From: Alphaproteobacteria bacterium
GTDB lineage: Bacteria > Pseudomonadota > Alphaproteobacteria > CALKHQ01
DNA: 64,000 nt
Direction: 5' to 3'
NCBI GenBank assembly: GCA_965227515.1
Contig: CBDDFZ010000002.1
Coordinates: 1,024,001-1,088,000 of the forward strand
The position numbers and the translations under genes are program-made. Of this stretch, positions 9,559-18,966 are shown one piece after another (the stretch's first letter is position 1; each line of letters starts with the position of its first letter). The notes below the pieces were generated by a model. That model ran no database searches and was not told the origin of the DNA. It was given only the letters and a program-made list of their open reading frames with translations.

Positions 9559-9672
9559 GGCTAAAATACCGACAGTCAACCTGCGACCGAGAGGTGGCTT
9601 TTGAACGACATTGCTGTCATCGTCGTTCAGCCAGCCTTGGCCCGCTATAACCACAGTCACTGGAACGCACCT

Positions 9673-10110
9673 ATGAAGACTGCCTCGCTCTGCCTTGTCC
9701 TGCCCGCCCTGGCCCTGGCTGCTTGCAACTCGTCAAACAATGACCAGCAGCGTGCAGCCACCGCTGCGGCGGCCGCTGGTGCCGGGGCAGCACAACCGCA
9801 AGCCTCGGAGACCATATTCGTGATCGGTGGAGGCGCCGGGGTCACTGTTGATAGCGTGACCGAGATACAGTTCAATAATCCATACGAGGGCCTCACATTC
9901 AGTTCTTTTCGGAGAATAGGTCAAGATGAATGGGAGACCGATACAGGTTATCGCGTCAGTGAGACAGCAAAGACGGCCGATGGTTTCGTTCTCGGAAGTG
10001 GCGATGTGCAAATAGTGGTTGACCTCGGACTGGCTGAGGTGAAAATTTCTGTTGGGTCGGGCAGCAACGCCAATGAATATGGCCCATACGATATCGTTAT
10101 GGCTCGTTGA
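9673..10110 (+). CDS. hypothetical lipoprotein
   Basis: MKT..LALAAC lipobox, Ala-rich linker, beta-rich domain with lower GC. Confidence 0.75.
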   Translation: MKTASLCLVLPALALAACNSSNNDQQRAATAAAAAGAGAAQPQASETIFVIGGGAGVTVDSVTEIQFNNPYEGLTFSSFRRIGQDEWETDTGYRVSETAKTADGFVLGSGDVQIVVDLGLAEVKISVGSGSNANEYGPYDIVMAR

Positions 10111-10146
10111 TACTGCTAATGCAACGGAGCGGCCGTCATCCACCTG

Positions 10147-10176
10147 CGTCATGCCCGCAACAAGTCCGCGCATGAC
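10147..10176. repeat. CGTC-tagged REP (half element)
   Basis: GTCATGCCCGCAACAAGTCCGCGCATGAC matches the right arm of the 15763 and 20270 elements. Confidence 0.7.
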
Positions 10177-10217
10177 AAGCGGAAATTGGGCAGTGTTCGG
10201 CAGATTTCGCCGCGAGC

Positions 10218-10778
10218 CTAATGCGGCGGGTCGAAGCCGCGCTGGCGCTGTTCGATGTCGACCGCGATCTTCTCCAGTCGCCCCATCGCGACCATGGCGA
10301 TCACCACCGAGGCGGTGAACAGGTAGAGCCCCTCGTGCACGAACACGCCGGCGACCACGTCGATGCTGAGCGCCGCGACGACAATCGCGATCACGAACAC
10401 GTCCAGCATCGACCATTTGCCGAGCTGCTCGACCCCGCGCACCACCCGCAAGGGCGATCGTTTCGACAGGTCGGCGCGGTACCACGCCCACAGGCCAAGC
10501 GCGATCTTGGTGAGCGGGAACAGGATCGAGAACACGATGATGATGATGAACAGGAAATACTGCTCGCCGTCCCACAGCGCCTCGGCGCCGTCCAGGATGG
10601 AGATTTCCTGGCCGAACAGCGCGGCCACGTCGACCTCCATCGCCGGTTGGACGATGCCGAACACCAGGCAGACCAGCGCGAACAGCAGCAGCGGGCCGAT
10701 CATCCAGCGGTCGGGCGCGTCGGCGTGGGCGCGCATCGCCTCCGGGTGGGTGCGAAACAGGCCGATCAGCCGGCGCAT
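10218..10778 (-). CDS. paraquat-inducible protein A family membrane protein
   Basis: FSILFPLTK and LGKWSMLDVFV motifs. Confidence 0.85.
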   Translation of the reverse strand: MRRLIGLFRTHPEAMRAHADAPDRWMIGPLLLFALVCLVFGIVQPAMEVDVAALFGQEISILDGAEALWDGEQYFLFIIIIVFSILFPLTKIALGLWAWYRADLSKRSPLRVVRGVEQLGKWSMLDVFVIAIVVAALSIDVVAGVFVHEGLYLFTASVVIAMVAMGRLEKIAVDIEQRQRGFDPPH

Positions 10779-10806
10779 TGGCTGGATATTCCCTGCCCGA
10801 AGGGCC

Positions 10807-10894
10807 GTAGCCCGGATGAAACGAAGTGCAATCCGGGGATAGACAAAACGAGCGGCAAAGTCCCCGGGTTGCGCTGACGCTCCACCCGGGCTAC
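10807..10894. repeat. inverted doublet of GTAG-tagged REPs
   Basis: GTAGCCCGGATG...ATCCGGG (10807-10838) and CCCGGGTTGCGCT...CCCGGGCTAC (10862-10894). Confidence 0.85.
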
Positions 10895-10917
10895 CCGCGT
10901 TTCGAGCCACGCACCCA

Positions 10918-12432
10918 TCAATACGCCTTGGCGAAGATGGCCTCGGTGGTGGCCGGCGCGCCGGTCAGCACGCACTTGCCCTCGCTTTCGTCCTGGTCGA
11001 ACGGCAGGCAGCGCACGGACACACCCATCTCCCCCAGCACCTTCTCCGACGCCGGGTCGCCGCACCACTTGGCGCGCACGAAGCCGCGCTTCTCGGCATA
11101 GAGGTCGGCACCCTTGCCGCCGAAATACTCTTGGAACGCGCCCAGCTCGGTGATGTCGGTGCGGGTGCGCTCTTCCTGATAGGCCTTCGCCTCGCTGAAC
11201 AGCGTATGCTGGATGTCGTTGAGAATGTCGGCGGCCTTGCCGATGAACTCGGCGCGCGGGCCGATCCATTTCTTCTCGCCGAGCTTGTCGCGGCGGGTGA
11301 CCGCGACCCCGTCGTTCTCGATGTCGCGCGGCCCGACCTCGACGATCAGCGGCGCGCCCTTCTTGATCCATTCCCAGCGCTTGTCCTGGGCCGCCATGTC
11401 GCGGTCGTCCACCTTCACCCGCACAGGCAGGTCGCCCAGCCGGTGCATGCCCAGCTCGGCGGAGAGCTTCTGGGCGTAGGCGAGCACGGCATCCTTCTGC
11501 GCCTCGTCGCGGATAATCGGCACGATCACGATGTGCCGGGGGGCGACGCGCGGCGGCAGGCGCAGCCCATTGTCGTCGCTGTGGGTCATGATCAGCGCGC
11601 CGATCAGCCGGGTCGACGTGCCCCACGACGTGGTCCACACATGCTCCCATTCGCCGTCGCGGTTCTGATAGCGGATGTTCTGCGCCTTCGCGAAGTTCTG
11701 GCCCAGGAAGTGGGAGGTGCCGGACTGCAGCGCCTTGCCGTCCTGCATCATCGCCTCGATGGTGGTGGTGCGCACGGCACCCGGGAAGCGCTCGCCCTCC
11801 GACTTCTCGCCGGGGATGACCGGGATCGCCATCTCCTCTTCCACCACCTCGCGGTAGACCTCCAGCATCTGGGTCATTTCCTCGACCGCCTCCTCGGCGG
11901 TGGCATGCGCCGTGTGCCCCTCCTGCCACAGGAACTCCGACGTGCGCAGGAAGATGCGCGGCCGCATTTCCCAGCGGACCACGTTGGCCCACTGGTTGAT
12001 CAGCACCGGCAGGTCCCGGTAGGACTGGATCCAGTTCGCGAACGCCTCGCCGATGATGGTCTCCGACGTGGGACGGACGATCAGCGGCTCTTCCAGCTCG
12101 CCCTCGGGCTTGAGCTTGCCGTCATGGGCGGCCAGCCGGTGGTGGGTGACCACCGCCATCTCCTTGGCGAAGCCTTCCACGTGCGCCGCCTCGCGCTCGA
12201 TGAAGCGCAGCGGGATGAACAGCGGGAAATAGCAGTTGTCGTGGCCGGTCGCCTTGATGCGGGCGTCCATCGCCTGCTGCACGTTCTCCCAGATGCCGTA
12301 GCCCCACGGCTTGATGATCATGCAGCCGCGCACCGGCGAGCTTTCCGCCATGTCGGCGGCACGGATGATCTGCTGGTACCATCCGGGGAAATCGTCGGCG
12401 CGGGTGGGCGAAATCGCGGTCTTAGCGGCCAT
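10918..12432 (-). CDS. proS: prolyl-tRNA synthetase, archaeal/eukaryote-type (family I)
   Basis: VRPTSET, QWANVVRWE, FLRTSEFLWQEGHT, GTSHFLGQNFAK, TSWG and C-terminal FAKAY. Confidence 0.97.
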   Translation of the reverse strand: MAAKTAISPTRADDFPGWYQQIIRAADMAESSPVRGCMIIKPWGYGIWENVQQAMDARIKATGHDNCYFPLFIPLRFIEREAAHVEGFAKEMAVVTHHRLAAHDGKLKPEGELEEPLIVRPTSETIIGEAFANWIQSYRDLPVLINQWANVVRWEMRPRIFLRTSEFLWQEGHTAHATAEEAVEEMTQMLEVYREVVEEEMAIPVIPGEKSEGERFPGAVRTTTIEAMMQDGKALQSGTSHFLGQNFAKAQNIRYQNRDGEWEHVWTTSWGTSTRLIGALIMTHSDDNGLRLPPRVAPRHIVIVPIIRDEAQKDAVLAYAQKLSAELGMHRLGDLPVRVKVDDRDMAAQDKRWEWIKKGAPLIVEVGPRDIENDGVAVTRRDKLGEKKWIGPRAEFIGKAADILNDIQHTLFSEAKAYQEERTRTDITELGAFQEYFGGKGADLYAEKRGFVRAKWCGDPASEKVLGEMGVSVRCLPFDQDESEGKCVLTGAPATTEAIFAKAY

Positions 12433-12599
12433 GTGGTGGAACCGATGCGGTTGTTGGGAACGGCGGCGCGGAAGCTAGCGGATTGGGGGGAGAGGGGCAA
12501 TGATCGGGGAACGTGAAATCACTCGCTCTGATTTGACCTGGACCCGCATCCGCGATTTTGCCATCAAGTGTAGCAAAGCCCACCTCGGAGCCAATTCGC

Positions 12600-13415
12600 A
12601 TGACTGGGAAAGAATGTTTTGTGATCTCACCGATTGGCGAATCTGAGTCGCCAACCCGGAAACGGGCGGATCAAGTATTTACACATATCATTAAACCGAG
12701 TGTTGAAAAATTCGGATATATTCCAACTCGTGCAGATCATATTTCAGAACCAGGCATGATAACAAGTCAAATAATACAAAGAATAGTAGACGACCCATTG
12801 GTTGTTGCTGATCTGACTGAGAGAAATCCAAATGTATTTTATGAGCTTGCAATTCGTCACGCTAATAGGAAGCCTTTAATACAGCTTATCGAGAAAGATG
12901 AGATTATTCCTTTTGATGTGGCAGGTTCGCGAATTATACAATTGGATTATCGCAATCTCGACAGTGTCGCTGAGGCGAAATCTTCTATTGAAGCGCAAAT
13001 TGAAATCTTGGAGAACAACCCCAGAGATTTAGAGACGCCGATTTCTGTATCTCTTGATTTGCAAACGCTTAGAGAGAGTGACAACCCGGCTCAACGATCA
13101 TTGGCGGATATTCTGGCGGAAATGGCAGAGATTCGCTCTAATGTATCAAATATTGAGAGAAAAATCGACCATGTTAGAAATGTTGTGTCTCCTGCAGGTG
13201 AAGCAAGAATAATAAGGCCGGAATACGCCGAAATCGGAAGCACTATTATTGCTGGCATTATCGATGATTTAAGTAATATCGAAAAAGAACTCTTGTATAT
13301 CAGTGACGAAATAGGCGAAGATCAAGATCATGGATTGAGGATTGCCAAAACTCGAGATCGATTGAAGTCGTCTCTAAATAAGATATTGGATCTGCGGGCG
13401 CTGATACTCAGGTAG
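12600..13415 (+). CDS. nucleoside 2-deoxyribosyltransferase (NDT)/TIR-like domain protein with helical C-terminus; low GC
   Basis: CFVISPIG, RADHISEPG, VADLTERNPNVFYELAIRHA and IPFDV motifs; AT-rich. Confidence 0.8.
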   Translation: MTGKECFVISPIGESESPTRKRADQVFTHIIKPSVEKFGYIPTRADHISEPGMITSQIIQRIVDDPLVVADLTERNPNVFYELAIRHANRKPLIQLIEKDEIIPFDVAGSRIIQLDYRNLDSVAEAKSSIEAQIEILENNPRDLETPISVSLDLQTLRESDNPAQRSLADILAEMAEIRSNVSNIERKIDHVRNVVSPAGEARIIRPEYAEIGSTIIAGIIDDLSNIEKELLYISDEIGEDQDHGLRIAKTRDRLKSSLNKILDLRALILR

Positions 13416-13477
13416 GCGTTGTTCCTAAGTTCTAAGTGTTTGGCTATTGCCGATGACCGGTGGGCTTATCTACCTAC

Positions 13478-13760
13478 TCAGCCATTGATCGCTTCGGCAG
13501 CGGTCAGGATGCGACGCCGTCGGATGTTGTTGCGGCCAGCTTCCGCAGCGTCGCGTAAGACGAGGTCGACATCGCGACCAAACAGCGCTTCGAACGTCTC
13601 CTTGAAACTCGAATAGGCCACGAGGTCATGCGGTTTGCTGGCGCAAAGCCAACCAGTGGGTCGCCGTAGCTGTGTGCATGGCCGAAGTTCCGTGCCCCGT
13701 GCCGCTGAGCCGAACAACTCAAGCTGAGTGACGCCATGCAGTGCTGACCGAAAAGCCCAG
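13478..13760 (-). pseudogene. degraded minimal nucleotidyltransferase (MNT) antitoxin-type gene
   Basis: LFGSAARG and LFGRDVDLV in one frame; the middle NF.H..SYGDPLVGFAP segment (decayed DxD region) lies in another frame. Confidence 0.65.
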
Positions 13761-13968
13761 CCAGGTGAAGCGACGCGACGTCTCGCGCGGACCCAATCAC
13801 ACAATATCGAACAACGTTCAATTTTCTTTGAACCATTCTCCGACTGGCGCGACTGACGGGGTAATGGGGCGTGGCGATCCGCCGTGTCCAATCCAACCCA
13901 AGCCAACCAACAGGGGCCGCGTTATGCTAGCGCGGTCCTGCAGATCGAGACTTCGGAGGACAACAACA

Positions 13969-14796
13969 ATGAAACAGTTCCTGAGAGCAGGTTTGCTGCT
14001 TGCCGCCACCGCCGCCATGGCGACCGGCGCCACCATCAGTGCGGCGGACGCGGGCGACCTGGCGCAGTCGGAAATGATCGGGTTCTCGCCCAACGGCGAT
14101 TACGTCGCGTTCCAGGAGTTCGGCGAGCACGACGAATCCGGCATCACCTACGCCAGCATCTTCATCATCGATGTCGCTGCCAGCGCCCCTGTCGACGGCG
14201 CGCCGATCCATGCGTCGGTGGATATGTTCGAACTGGCGGAGGACCTGACGTCAAAGCAGGCCATCGGACTGGCCCGCGCGCAGGCGATGGACCAGGCCGA
14301 GCCGCTGCTCGACCAGTATGGCATCGTCTACGGCAACACCGGCGCCACGCTGGTCTATCATCCGTTCAGCGACGTGGCAGCCGATCCGTATCTGGTCGAG
14401 TTCTCGATCGGCCGCGGCTTCGCGCCCGAGGGGCGGAACGGCCAGACCATGCAGTTCCAGTCGCTGCAGCTCACCCAGCAGGAGGTCCCGGTAGGGCGCT
14501 GCGACGCGCAGCAGCTTGGCGCGGTCTCGATGATGTCGCTGGAGTTGCGGGCCGATGGGCTCGCCGAGCCGGTGATCGTGCACGACGACGGCGTCTATCC
14601 GGACGAGCGCGACTGCACCTTCGACTATCGCATCCAGAGTGTCGTCGCCTACTACCCGGAGGATGTGGCGCTGACCGACTGCTGCCGGGCCCAGGTGGTC
14701 CTGCTGGCCATCGTGGCGATGCAGCAGTTCGGCGAGCATGGCCCGTTCGATGTGCATCATATGGGCGCCACGATCATCCTGGATGGTGAGTGGTAG
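13969..14796 (+). CDS. DUF2259-like secreted protein
   Basis: signal peptide; GDLA..MIGFSPNGDYVAFQEFG motif. Confidence 0.8.
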   Translation: MKQFLRAGLLLAATAAMATGATISAADAGDLAQSEMIGFSPNGDYVAFQEFGEHDESGITYASIFIIDVAASAPVDGAPIHASVDMFELAEDLTSKQAIGLARAQAMDQAEPLLDQYGIVYGNTGATLVYHPFSDVAADPYLVEFSIGRGFAPEGRNGQTMQFQSLQLTQQEVPVGRCDAQQLGAVSMMSLELRADGLAEPVIVHDDGVYPDERDCTFDYRIQSVVAYYPEDVALTDCCRAQVVLLAIVAMQQFGEHGPFDVHHMGATIILDGEW

Positions 14797-14927
14797 GCCT
14801 GCTTGAGCCAATCCAATGAAACGCCCGCGGCGCAGCACCGTGCCGCGGGCCATCCACACACACCAATAGGCGCCGGCGATCGCGGCACGGCCGCGGCCCG
14901 GCAGACCGAACCTGGAGGACACGAACA

Positions 14928-15734
14928 ATGAAACTGCTCAATCGAGCGGGCTGGATGCTCGCGGCCGCGATCGGCGCGGCAACCATGGCCGGAACCGCCC
15001 AGGCGGGCGACCTGGCACGGCCGGAAGTGATCGGCTTCTCGCGCGATGGCGCCTATGTCGCCTACGAGGAATATGGCGAGCAAGACGCGTCGGGCGCGCC
15101 CTATTCGAACATCTTCATCATCGACGTCGCGGCGAACGCGTGGGTGGAGGGCGCGCCGATCCGGGTGCTGCTCAATGACGAGGTGATGCCCAACCCTGAG
15201 CTGGAGGAGGACCCGCTCGGCCAGGCCCGGCTCCAGGCGATGGCCGAGGCGCAGCCGCTGCTCGACCAGTACAGCATCGTTCCCGGCGAGACCGGCTCCG
15301 TCATCATCCAGCATCCGCGCAGCGACGTGGACGCGCCGACCCACGAGGTCTCGTTCTCCATCGGCCTCGCGTACTCGCCCTATTCCCAGGACATGCAGAC
15401 CCTGACCCTGACCGAGTCCGAGGTGGCGAATGCCGAGTGCGACCAGTACGACTGGGGCCCGGTGGCGATGATGTCGCTGGAGCTGGAGCGCGGCGGTCTT
15501 GGCGCGCCGATCATGCTGCAGCAGGACACGGATCTGCCGGCATCGCGCGGCTGCACCACCGGCTACCGCATCCACAGCGTCATCGTTTACACGCCGGATG
15601 TGCCCGAGCAGCACACCTGCTGCCACCGCGACGAGGTCGCCATGCTGGTGATCGTGTCGATGTCGCAGTTCGGCTTCGAGGGGCCGGATTGGCGCAACAT
15701 GGGCGTCACCGCCATGCTGTCGCCGGCGTGGTAG
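14928..15734 (+). CDS. DUF2259-like secreted protein, tandem paralog
   Basis: GDLA..VIGFSRDGAYVAYEEYGEQDASGAPY, LPASRGC..GYRI and GFEGPD motifs. Confidence 0.85.
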   Translation: MKLLNRAGWMLAAAIGAATMAGTAQAGDLARPEVIGFSRDGAYVAYEEYGEQDASGAPYSNIFIIDVAANAWVEGAPIRVLLNDEVMPNPELEEDPLGQARLQAMAEAQPLLDQYSIVPGETGSVIIQHPRSDVDAPTHEVSFSIGLAYSPYSQDMQTLTLTESEVANAECDQYDWGPVAMMSLELERGGLGAPIMLQQDTDLPASRGCTTGYRIHSVIVYTPDVPEQHTCCHRDEVAMLVIVSMSQFGFEGPDWRNMGVTAMLSPAW

Positions 15735-15762
15735 GGCGCGGCGCTTCCACTCAATACATCAA

Positions 15763-15851
15763 CGTCATGGTCGGGCTTGTCCCGACCATCCACGTCTTAG
15801 CCACGGCAGTCGATGAAGACGTGGATGCCCGCAACAAGTGCGGGCATGACG
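15763..15851. repeat. CGTC-tagged REP doublet
   Basis: CGTCATGGTCGGGCTTGTCCCGACCATCCACG...CGTGGATGCCCGCAACAAGTGCGGGCATGACG; near-identical to 20270-20356. Confidence 0.9.
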
Positions 15852-15941
15852 GCTTCGTTTATTCGACGGAAGCCGTCACCTTCTCCGCGCATGACGGTGT
15901 TTCTTAGTCCGCAGTCCCATCTGCGGGCATGACGGCTTCGT

Positions 15942-17768
15942 TTATTCGTCTGAAGCCGTCACCTTCTCCGCCAGCAGCATGCGGTTGATGCCGTGGAAGG
16001 CATCGTAGAGGGCGCCAGCCTGACGCTCGAAGTCGGCGACGCTCAGCCCCTGCTGGGTCTCGGCAATGTCGGCGTGGATGTCGCGGAACGCGCGCGTGCC
16101 GTCGATCCGCCGCATGATCGCCGGCCCCATCGCCGGCATCCGCATGGTGATCTTCAGCCCGTTGGTGGTGGCGCTCAGTGCTGCGCCGGGGCGCAGGCGC
16201 TTGGCCTCCGCCGGGCCGTCCAGGTCGCGCAGCACCGGCACCATGTCCATGCCGAAGCGGGGCAGCGTCACCGTGCTGTCGGCCGGCACCATATAGAAGA
16301 TGTGCTTCTTCTGGCAGCCGAGCAGCAATTCGGCGAACGCCGCGCGCTCGAACGGCCGCAGGTTGGAGACGGCGCGGCGCAGCCCGGCGTCGCGCAGCCA
16401 GGCCAGCGGGTCGTACATCACCGGCTCGATGAACCCGGTCACCGTCATGTGCGCCGACTGCGCCAGCGCCAGGATCTCCGGCACCCGATAGGCGCGGTCG
16501 CGGCTGTGCAGGAACAGGTCATAGACCCCGGCATCGCCGCCGACCACGTGATCGCGGATCTGGCCGTTGCGCACCAGCCAGTTGGTTTCGGGCAGCACCT
16601 CGATCAGCGCCTTGGCGATGGCGACCCGGCGTGCCTCGTCGACCGCGCCGGGGGCTGCCACCATGCGCAGCATCTCCTGCATGTCGTAGACGCCGACCCG
16701 GCCGAGTTCGCCATAGAGCATCATGCCGATGCCGCCGCCGGGCGCCAGCACGCCTGCCAGCCGGCCTAGCCCCTCCGCGGGGGCCTCCAGGTGGTGCAGC
16801 ACGCCGCAGCAGTCGATGTAGTCGAAGCGGCCGTGCTCGGATTCGTCCAGATCCATCAGCGAGCCGGACACGAAGCTGACGTTGGTCAGGCCGCGTGCCT
16901 TGGCCCGCGCCTCGGCCACCGCCCGGCTGCTGGCCGACAGGTCCATGTAGACGACTTCGCCCGGCACGCCCCAGTCGACCATCTGTTGCGCCAGCATGAT
17001 GGTGGCGTCGCCGGTGCCGCCGCCGGCGACCAGGGCACGGAACGGCTGGCTGAAGTCGCGCTTGCCGCCGAACACGTAGTGATTGATCTCGGCCAGGTTG
17101 CTGGGCGAGCCCAGCTTCACCTTCTCCGGCTCGTCCTTCGGGTCGCGCGCCGGATAGGGGTAGAGCTCGTACTGGGTCTGCACCAGCTCGTCGCGGTCGT
17201 CGGCGGTGGTGGCCGGCTCCTCCCACAGCGGCAGCTCGGACTCCACCCGCTCGGCGATGATCGAGATCATGTCGTCGCCGCCGTGGAACAGCTCCGCGAA
17301 ACGGGCGGCCTGCTCGGGCGTCAGCGTTTCCAGGCGCGGGCCCAGCGGCGGCGTGTCGATCTCAGGCGGCGTCATGCGGGCGCCGTCGACGATCTCGATC
17401 GGCGACAGCCCCTCGGCGCGCAGCCGGGTGAGCAGCGCGGGCAGCCGCCAGACCGGGCGCGGCGGGTCCAGGAACAGCGACACCAGGGCCGCGTCATCGG
17501 CCATGAAGTCGGCGCGTACCGGGCGGCGGCGCAGCAGATGGGTCGGCGGCAGCTCCGACAAGAGCTTTTTCAATAGCGCCAGCCGCTCGGCGGGCGAGGC
17601 GTCGATGGCCGGCGCGATCATGTCGATCTTGGCCCGCACATCGTCGATACCGCGATGCGCCAGCGCGCCGGCGCATGTCACCTTCACCTGGCCGTCTTCC
17701 AGCGGCTCGACATACAGGCCGTCGCGGGCGAGCGCGGCGCGGGCAGAGTCAGGGATGGCAGCCATCAT
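15942..17768 (-). CDS. class I SAM-dependent methyltransferase with N-terminal degenerate duplication
   Basis: QYELYPYP, LVAGGGTGD and FDYIDCCGVLHHL motifs; starts just after the asparaginase stop. Confidence 0.85.
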   Translation of the reverse strand: MMAAIPDSARAALARDGLYVEPLEDGQVKVTCAGALAHRGIDDVRAKIDMIAPAIDASPAERLALLKKLLSELPPTHLLRRRPVRADFMADDAALVSLFLDPPRPVWRLPALLTRLRAEGLSPIEIVDGARMTPPEIDTPPLGPRLETLTPEQAARFAELFHGGDDMISIIAERVESELPLWEEPATTADDRDELVQTQYELYPYPARDPKDEPEKVKLGSPSNLAEINHYVFGGKRDFSQPFRALVAGGGTGDATIMLAQQMVDWGVPGEVVYMDLSASSRAVAEARAKARGLTNVSFVSGSLMDLDESEHGRFDYIDCCGVLHHLEAPAEGLGRLAGVLAPGGGIGMMLYGELGRVGVYDMQEMLRMVAAPGAVDEARRVAIAKALIEVLPETNWLVRNGQIRDHVVGGDAGVYDLFLHSRDRAYRVPEILALAQSAHMTVTGFIEPVMYDPLAWLRDAGLRRAVSNLRPFERAAFAELLLGCQKKHIFYMVPADSTVTLPRFGMDMVPVLRDLDGPAEAKRLRPGAALSATTNGLKITMRMPAMGPAIMRRIDGTRAFRDIHADIAETQQGLSVADFERQAGALYDAFHGINRMLLAEKVTASDE

Positions 17769-17772
17769 TCTT

Positions 17773-18816
17773 CTAATTGTTGATCCATCCCGGCGCCGGG
17801 CACATGGTGCCGACCGGCTCGCCGGCGTGGTTGCGCCGGGTCTGCACCAGCGTGTCGCGTGCCAGGGCGGCGGCCGCACCGTCCAGCTCGCCGAAGCGGT
17901 CGAGCAGGGCGGCCATCGCCACCTCCGCCGCGCGGTCCGCACCGTCGCCGACCTTGATGGCGATGCCGAGTCCGCTGCGTGGCAAAGCGGCGGTATAGAC
18001 CCCTTCGGCGCCGTTCTTCAAGATCACCGCACCCCGGCCCGCCGCCAGCATGCCGGAGACGAACGCGCCGGTGCCCGCGACCATGAACGGGGCCGCCCAC
18101 TGCGCCTCGCGGATGCGCTGGCACGCGGCCTGGCGCAGGTCCGGCTGGTCGTCGGGCTGGCCGAAGCGCGCCATCGCGAGCGCGAGGTTGCCGATGGGCA
18201 GCGCCCAGGTCGGCACGCTGCACCCGTCCGGCGCGCGGGCGACATGGCCCAGGTCCATGCCGCACATCTGCTCCAGTACGCCCAGAATGCGTTGCTGCAC
18301 CGGGTGAGTGACCTTGTGATAGCCCTCGACCGGCGCGCCGATGTGGCTGGCCGCGAGCAGCATGCCGGCATGCTTGCCGGAGCACACATTGTGCCGCCGG
18401 TCGGGCTGCCGGTCGGCGCGGGCGAGGTCGGCTTTCGTCGCGTCGCTGTGCGGCGGGCAGGCTCCGCAGGCGAGTGCGGTGCCATCCAGCCCGGCCTTGG
18501 CCAGCATGCCGTCGACAGTGGCCAGGTGTTCCGGCTCACCGAAGTGGGAGGCGCAGGCGATCGAGACCTCTTCGTCGACGAGACCGAACCCCTCGGCAGC
18601 CCCTGTCTCGACCAACGCCAATGCCTGCAACGACTTGATCGCGGAGCGCGGGTAGACCGGCATCTCCGCGTTGCCCCACGCGGCCAGCACCTCTCCGGAC
18701 GCGTGGGCCACCACCACGGTGCCGAAGTGCCGGCTCTCGACGATGTCGCCGCGGGTCAGGTGGACCAGCTCGATGGTGTCGCGGCCGTGGCCGTGGGCGT
18801 GGTTTGGCGTGTTCAT
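17773..18816 (-). CDS. L-asparaginase II (Rhizobium etli-type)
   Basis: RGDIVESRH, RSAIK, CASH, NVCSGKHAG, DGC and KNGAEGV motifs. Confidence 0.92.
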   Translation of the reverse strand: MNTPNHAHGHGRDTIELVHLTRGDIVESRHFGTVVVAHASGEVLAAWGNAEMPVYPRSAIKSLQALALVETGAAEGFGLVDEEVSIACASHFGEPEHLATVDGMLAKAGLDGTALACGACPPHSDATKADLARADRQPDRRHNVCSGKHAGMLLAASHIGAPVEGYHKVTHPVQQRILGVLEQMCGMDLGHVARAPDGCSVPTWALPIGNLALAMARFGQPDDQPDLRQAACQRIREAQWAAPFMVAGTGAFVSGMLAAGRGAVILKNGAEGVYTAALPRSGLGIAIKVGDGADRAAEVAMAALLDRFGELDGAAAALARDTLVQTRRNHAGEPVGTMCPAPGWINN

Positions 18817-18966
18817 GTCGTCCGTTCGTCTGCGGTTGCGGGCGACCTTGCTATGCGCTCCGGTCTGGTGCAAGTGTCAGTATGTCCAGCACTTGCGGTT
18901 GCCCATCGGCGGCCGCGTGCCGGGCGGATCGTGTCCCCCAACCACCCTTCGAGTGACTATCCAGGC

